A stretch of 31,762 nucleotides of DNA, from positions 1 through 31,762 of the forward strand of contig JANNVQ010000023.1 of assembly GCA_031414535.1 (NCBI GenBank). The letters are read 5' to 3'. Of the stretch, positions 27,666 to 31,762 are shown one piece after another. Positions within the stretch are counted from its first letter, which is position 1; the number at the start of each line of letters is the position of its first letter. The position numbers were made by a program, and so were the translations under genes. Origin of the DNA: Gemmatimonas sp. Lineage in GTDB: Bacteria > Gemmatimonadota > Gemmatimonadetes > Gemmatimonadales > Gemmatimonadaceae. The notes under the pieces are model-generated. The model was given only the letters and a program-made list of their open reading frames with translations, did no database searches and was not told the origin of the DNA.

Positions 27666-30344
27666 CTAGCGCCCCAGCCACCACGCCAGCTTCACCAAGA
27701 ACACATTGCGCGCCGGCTCGCCGAGCAGTGTGCCCAACTGCCCGCTGACGTTCAGGTCCGCTGTGGGCTCAGACGCCTCTCGCGTCTGCTGCCACACGAA
27801 GAACAAGGTTGAGCCTGGTCGCAGCTCCCAGCGCAACACGGCATTGCCTCGCAGCTCACGCGCGGTGTAGTCCTGATCGCCAAACACGAAACTCGCGGAT
27901 GGGCCCGCACCGTCGGGGTCCACCGTGACATCGCCGCCGGTGCGCGAGATGCTGCCGGCGTCCTCGCCGTACACCGCGAACTCAAAGCGCCGCGGCCTAA
28001 GGAACTCCTTGTACTCCTTGAAGCGTCCCGCCGACGCGAAGGGCTGCAGGAACAACTGCAGCGACACGTAGGGCGTGAAGGTGACGTCCACGCGCGTGTT
28101 GAGCCGCGCCTCGCGCTGCGTCACGTCCGCAAACACATAGCGACGTCCGAAGGTTGCCGCCGCCAGCACATCCTCGCGCGACGTCACGTACTGGTCCACA
28201 ATCTCATTCGATGCAAACTCAGGCTCCAGACGCACGCGCACTGCGGAGCTTGGACGCCAATCCACGCCTATCCCAACGGAGAACTCGCGACGCCCGGCGT
28301 CGTTTGCCAACGCCTCAAGCCCAGCTTCGAGAATGACGGGCTTGCGGCTGTCCGTCTCCACCCCGAATTCCAAGCGTCGCGACGAGGGCCGTGCTGCCAC
28401 GGGGCCACCGCGCAGTAATCGGTCGTTGTATTGGCCGAGTTCGGTGTTGGCCTCGAGCGAGAGCGACCAAAAATTCCGGAACTGCAGTTCATTGAACGTC
28501 GCGAGCCGCGCTTCAAGATTGTCGCCCGCTCCGTTCCACGCGAACGTCGTCGCGAAGCCCACCTGCCAGCTCTGAAAACGCGCGGTTTGCGTCGGTTGCC
28601 GATACGAGGTCGAGGTGCTGATCGAACGTAAGTCGGAGCGCGTCTGGAATCCGATGTCGTTGGATTCAAACGAGGCATCAATCTGCTCAGCCGTCACCGA
28701 ACCCGTCAGCCGCCCGGCAGTCTTCGCCGCCGAGAGCGCGTAATAGCCACCCGCGAGTACCGTACGCGTCGAATCGAGTTCAAGGTGATCTGCATCCGGC
28801 CGCTGAAACGAGCGGTAGTTGGCCCGCTGCAATCGTGTGATGGCCGCACGTTCGCCACTCACGTTGCTTCGCGACGCCACACCCGAGAGCGTCCAGCGGC
28901 GTCCCTCCGTGGCGTGCTCAAAGTCCAGGCCACTGACCAAGGCTCGCTGCGGCAAGAGCGCGGCCACCGAGGAGTCACTGAGTTCGCGCTCCACCCAAGA
29001 GCCAAAGCCGCCGATGGCCGTGAATCCACCGCGAAGCAAGCGCCGCACACGCGTCACGTGGGAATTGGTGAGCGGTTCCACTTCACCGCGCCCAATTGTG
29101 GAGTCCGCCCGCACGAAGCGTCCAAACTCGCGCCCCGTCGTGGCGTTGAGCGAACCGATTGCCCAGCCACCGGGTGTGGTGCCGCTCAGCTTAAAGGCGG
29201 CAAGAATCGGAGTCTGCGTAGGCGCGTCCACAAACTCGCCACCGAGCCGACGCTGCGGGGCACGCCCAATGCGTCGTGTGTAAAAGAAGTTCGGTGCGTC
29301 GTTGTCGTTGAACGTCTTGGTGTCACCAAAGCGAAACGTGTCGAAGTTCTCCAAGAAAAACGGACGACGTTCCGGAAAGAAAATCTCGAACGCCGAGAGA
29401 TTCACAACCGCCGGATCCGCTTCCACCTGACCGAAGTCAGGGTTGAACGTCGCCGCCAGATTGAGCGACTTCGGCAACCGCGTCCGGAGGTCCAAGCCAA
29501 ACGCCATCTCGGCGCTGGTGGGCTCGAGGAATGGATTGCCCGGTTCGTCTGGCACGCTCGCGACTTGCGAGCGCGCATAGGGAACGGCCTCCACCGGGAG
29601 GCTACCCTCGAGCGCGCCGAGTCCCGTGAGCACGCCATAGCGCGAGACGTCCTCAGGTGAGTTGGGATTGCGCGGACTCCAATACGCTTCCTCGCCGCGC
29701 CGCGCGATGACGCGTAGGAATTGCAGGCCCCAGTCGCGCGTCGCATCGCCGGAGGTGTAGCGGAGTTGCGAGAGCGGGATGCGCATCTCAGCCGTCCATC
29801 CCAGCGAGTCCACTTGAGCGCCCGACTGCCATACGGCGTCCCACTGGAAGTCAAAGTCGCCGTCATTGAATGCATAGCCATCGCGCTGAGCACCGCGCGG
29901 ACTGACCGCAAATGCGAAGCCCGTGCGGCGGTCGCCGTAGGAATCGAATCCCACCCAGACCCAGTCGGTGTAGGTGTCGCCCACATCGCGCCGAGCCAGC
30001 TGCATGCCGATGGAATCCGGCGCGCTGTCGTAGAGGCGAATACCGACGTAGACATTGTTCGCGTCAATGAGCACGCGCGCCTCGGTGCGCTGCGTCGAGG
30101 CCTCGCCGGAGTTGGGTACCAGTTGCACCCAGTTGTCTGTGGCCTGAGCTCGGCTCCAGGGCTCATCTTCGAGACGGCCATCAATGACGGGCGCCGTCGT
30201 GACGCGCAGCACCCGTAACGTGGGGCGGGGTAGTGAATCGCTGCTACGGGCTGTTTGCGCGTAGAGGGCCGACGCGGAGCACAGCGTCAAAGCGCCAAGC
30301 ACGGCCAAGACGGCCAGCGCGAGAGGTCGATTTGTGGGGGGCAT
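27666..30344 (-). CDS. CBM9-like / DUF5916 outer-membrane protein
   Basis: Signal peptide, 'PVIDGRLED..W', 'GWTAEMRIPLSQLRY', 'NPDFGQVEAD', 'ERRPFFLE', C-terminal 'FLVKLAWW'. Alternative start is GTG 30362. Confidence 0.85.
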   Translation of the reverse strand: MPPTNRPLALAVLAVLGALTLCSASALYAQTARSSDSLPRPTLRVLRVTTAPVIDGRLEDEPWSRAQATDNWVQLVPNSGEASTQRTEARVLIDANNVYVGIRLYDSAPDSIGMQLARRDVGDTYTDWVWVGFDSYGDRRTGFAFAVSPRGAQRDGYAFNDGDFDFQWDAVWQSGAQVDSLGWTAEMRIPLSQLRYTSGDATRDWGLQFLRVIARRGEEAYWSPRNPNSPEDVSRYGVLTGLGALEGSLPVEAVPYARSQVASVPDEPGNPFLEPTSAEMAFGLDLRTRLPKSLNLAATFNPDFGQVEADPAVVNLSAFEIFFPERRPFFLENFDTFRFGDTKTFNDNDAPNFFYTRRIGRAPQRRLGGEFVDAPTQTPILAAFKLSGTTPGGWAIGSLNATTGREFGRFVRADSTIGRGEVEPLTNSHVTRVRRLLRGGFTAIGGFGSWVERELSDSSVAALLPQRALVSGLDFEHATEGRRWTLSGVASRSNVSGERAAITRLQRANYRSFQRPDADHLELDSTRTVLAGGYYALSAAKTAGRLTGSVTAEQIDASFESNDIGFQTRSDLRSISTSTSYRQPTQTARFQSWQVGFATTFAWNGAGDNLEARLATFNELQFRNFWSLSLEANTELGQYNDRLLRGGPVAARPSSRRLEFGVETDSRKPVILEAGLEALANDAGRREFSVGIGVDWRPSSAVRVRLEPEFASNEIVDQYVTSREDVLAAATFGRRYVFADVTQREARLNTRVDVTFTPYVSLQLFLQPFASAGRFKEYKEFLRPRRFEFAVYGEDAGSISRTGGDVTVDPDGAGPSASFVFGDQDYTARELRGNAVLRWELRPGSTLFFVWQQTREASEPTADLNVSGQLGTLLGEPARNVFLVKLAWWLGR

Positions 30345-30379
30345 GAAACGTGTACGATGCACTCCCCACGGAAGTTTTC

Positions 30380-31096
30380 CTACGGTGGGGGCGCTCCAAT
30401 CGTGGCTCGGAGCGTGCCCGCGGAGTACGGAGTAAAGCCCTCGATACGGATGAACCAGGTGCCGCTCTCCGGATTGGCAACGGTGCAGGACTCACTGCCC
30501 GTCACAGTGAACGAGGCGCAGTCGTAGACGTTTAGCCGAGGGTGGGCAGCGCGGCGCAGATAGAGATCGGCGTCGCCGGTGGCATCGAAGGTGACGGTGA
30601 GGGCCGTTGCGCCCGCAGGGACGGCAATGGAAAACATGCGAAACGAGCCCGCCCCTCCGGCGAGGGCCTCAACCGGTACCCCGGAGGTCAGAACCGTGGC
30701 GCCAGATTGCGACAGCAGCGACCCGATAAGCCGCACGTCTGCATAGCTCGTGTAGCCATACACGAGGATGTAATAGATGCCCGGCTCGGGAGCGTCGAAC
30801 AGGCACTCTTCGTCGTTACCTTCCGTCTCCGAAAGACAGTCCGCGAGTCCGGGCTCGGGCCTCGCGCCAAAGCGCACCACCAAGTCCGCGTCGCCGCCTC
30901 CGTCCGTGAGCCTCACCTGGAGGGTTCCCGTCCCGGCCGGCACCGCGATCGTGAAGATCTTCTCAGAACTGCTCGCGCCAGAGAGTACCCGCGATTCACC
31001 GGGTACCAGGGAGCCGGTGCTAGGCCCAGTGGGCTCGCTCCCGCAGGCGCAGAGGAACGCGAGGGCGGCAAGACGGGGAAGCGTGCGCATGGACAT
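30380..31096 (-). CDS. lipoprotein with two PPC (pre-peptidase C-terminal) domains
   Basis: Lipobox-like LCAC; two 'GDADL.(V/L)R...P....DC......E.C' repeats; TATACT 7 nt upstream of ATG 31096. Confidence 0.8.
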   Translation of the reverse strand: MSMRTLPRLAALAFLCACGSEPTGPSTGSLVPGESRVLSGASSSEKIFTIAVPAGTGTLQVRLTDGGGDADLVVRFGARPEPGLADCLSETEGNDEECLFDAPEPGIYYILVYGYTSYADVRLIGSLLSQSGATVLTSGVPVEALAGGAGSFRMFSIAVPAGATALTVTFDATGDADLYLRRAAHPRLNVYDCASFTVTGSESCTVANPESGTWFIRIEGFTPYSAGTLRATIGAPPP

Positions 31097-31125
31097 GTCC
31101 GTCAGTATACGCCGCTCGTCCACAA

Positions 31126-31209
31126 GTGTTTCCCGTGATGTCTCTCGAGGTGTCTCTCGAGGTGTCTCTCGAGGTGTTTCTCGAGGTGTTTCTCGAGGTG
31201 TCCCCGTGG
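31126..31209. repeat. 12-bp tandem repeat (RTGTYTCTCGAG) x5 with degenerate flanking units
   Basis: Core units at 31138, 31150, 31162, 31174 and 31186; degenerate units at 31126 and 31198. Confidence 0.95.
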
Positions 31210-31273
31210 GCCAATCCGGGGAGCTTCCTTGGAGGTGCTTCCCAAGAGAGAGGAAACCTCTCGAGCCCCCGAG

Positions 31274-31302
31274 TTGACCCAGCCGCCCCAGTTTGGTAGC
31301 TT
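31274..31302 (+). promoter_or_regulatory. sigma70-type promoter of the rpsL (str) operon
   Basis: TTGACC-17 bp-TAGCTT with TG of an extended -10, ending 73 nt upstream of the rpsL ATG. Confidence 0.7.
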
Positions 31303-31375
31303 ATGTGGCTCTGTTCCGTGCCGCCCGTCCGGGCGATTCACGTAGATACAGTTGGTCGAACAAACTTAGGGTAAG

Positions 31376-31762
31376 ATGCCGACGATTAATCAGCTCGTCC
31401 GGCAGAGTCGCCGCGAAGTAGTCAAGAAGGACAAGGCGCCGGCTCTGAAGGAGAATCCGTTCAAGCGTGGCGTGTGCACCCGCGTGTACACCACCACCCC
31501 CAAGAAGCCGAACTCTGCGCTGCGTAAGGTCGCGCGTATCCGTCTCGTGAACGGCTTCGAAGTCACAGCCTACATCCCCGGCGAAGGTCACAACCTGCAG
31601 GAGCACTCGATCGTGCTCATCCGCGGTGGTCGTGTGAAGGACCTTCCGGGCGTTCGTTACCACATCGTGCGCGGCAAGCTCGACGCATCCGGCGTTGCAG
31701 GGCGTAACAAGAGCCGCTCCAAGTACGGGACCAAGAAGCCGAAGGCTGGTGCCCCGGCTGCT
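31376..31762 (+). CDS. rpsL: 30S ribosomal protein S12 (3' end outside the window; absent from the ORF track)
   Basis: Manual translation: MPTINQLVR...[24 protein letters not shown]...[12 protein letters not shown]...[17 protein letters not shown]...RSKYG. Confidence 0.98.
   Translation, partial: MPTINQLVRQSRREVVKKDKAPALKENPFKRGVCTRVYTTTPKKPNSALRKVARIRLVNGFEVTAYIPGEGHNLQEHSIVLIRGGRVKDLPGVRYHIVRGKLDASGVAGRNKSRSKYGTKKPKAGAPAA

Noticed and set aside
31126..31209. CRISPR array
   Set aside because: The units are 12 bp and directly abutting, with no unique spacers, and no cas genes are present in the window.
31301..31663. 120-aa minus-strand ORF
   Set aside because: It is the antisense shadow of rpsL.

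Overview
High-GC bacterial chromosomal segment; the gene set and style suggest Gemmatimonadota, which is an inference. Most of it is housekeeping and envelope genes: an MHS-type MFS transporter, a TetR-TolC-HlyD-ABC efflux operon, an S9/DPP-IV peptidase, two small outer-membrane beta-barrels, mtgA and a VPS10/BNR-repeat protein. These are followed by a tightly coupled minus-strand run (alpha/beta hydrolase-mqnB-mqnD-MOSC-selO-ABC ATPase-ABC permease), a TPR protein, a fasciclin, an acyltransferase, a CBM9/DUF5916-like protein, a tandem-PPC lipoprotein and the start of rpsL. The main discovery is at the left edge. The secreted beta-propeller gene (95..1198, minus) is built as an integron gene cassette: it has a GTTAGCGAG core site just before its start and the exactly complementary CTCGCTAAC just after its stop, followed by an attC-type hairpin that runs out of the window. 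No integrase lies next to the cassette's entry site, which has a dif/attI-like TAA-N6-TTA architecture with upstream direct repeats. Other signals are a perfect TetR operator over a probably leaderless promoter, repeated TAnnnT-5..7nt-start leaderless architecture, a 12-bp CTCGAG tandem repeat upstream of the rpsL promoter, an in-frame 15-bp repeat in selO, and an ABC permease lacking its usual M1 peptidase domain.
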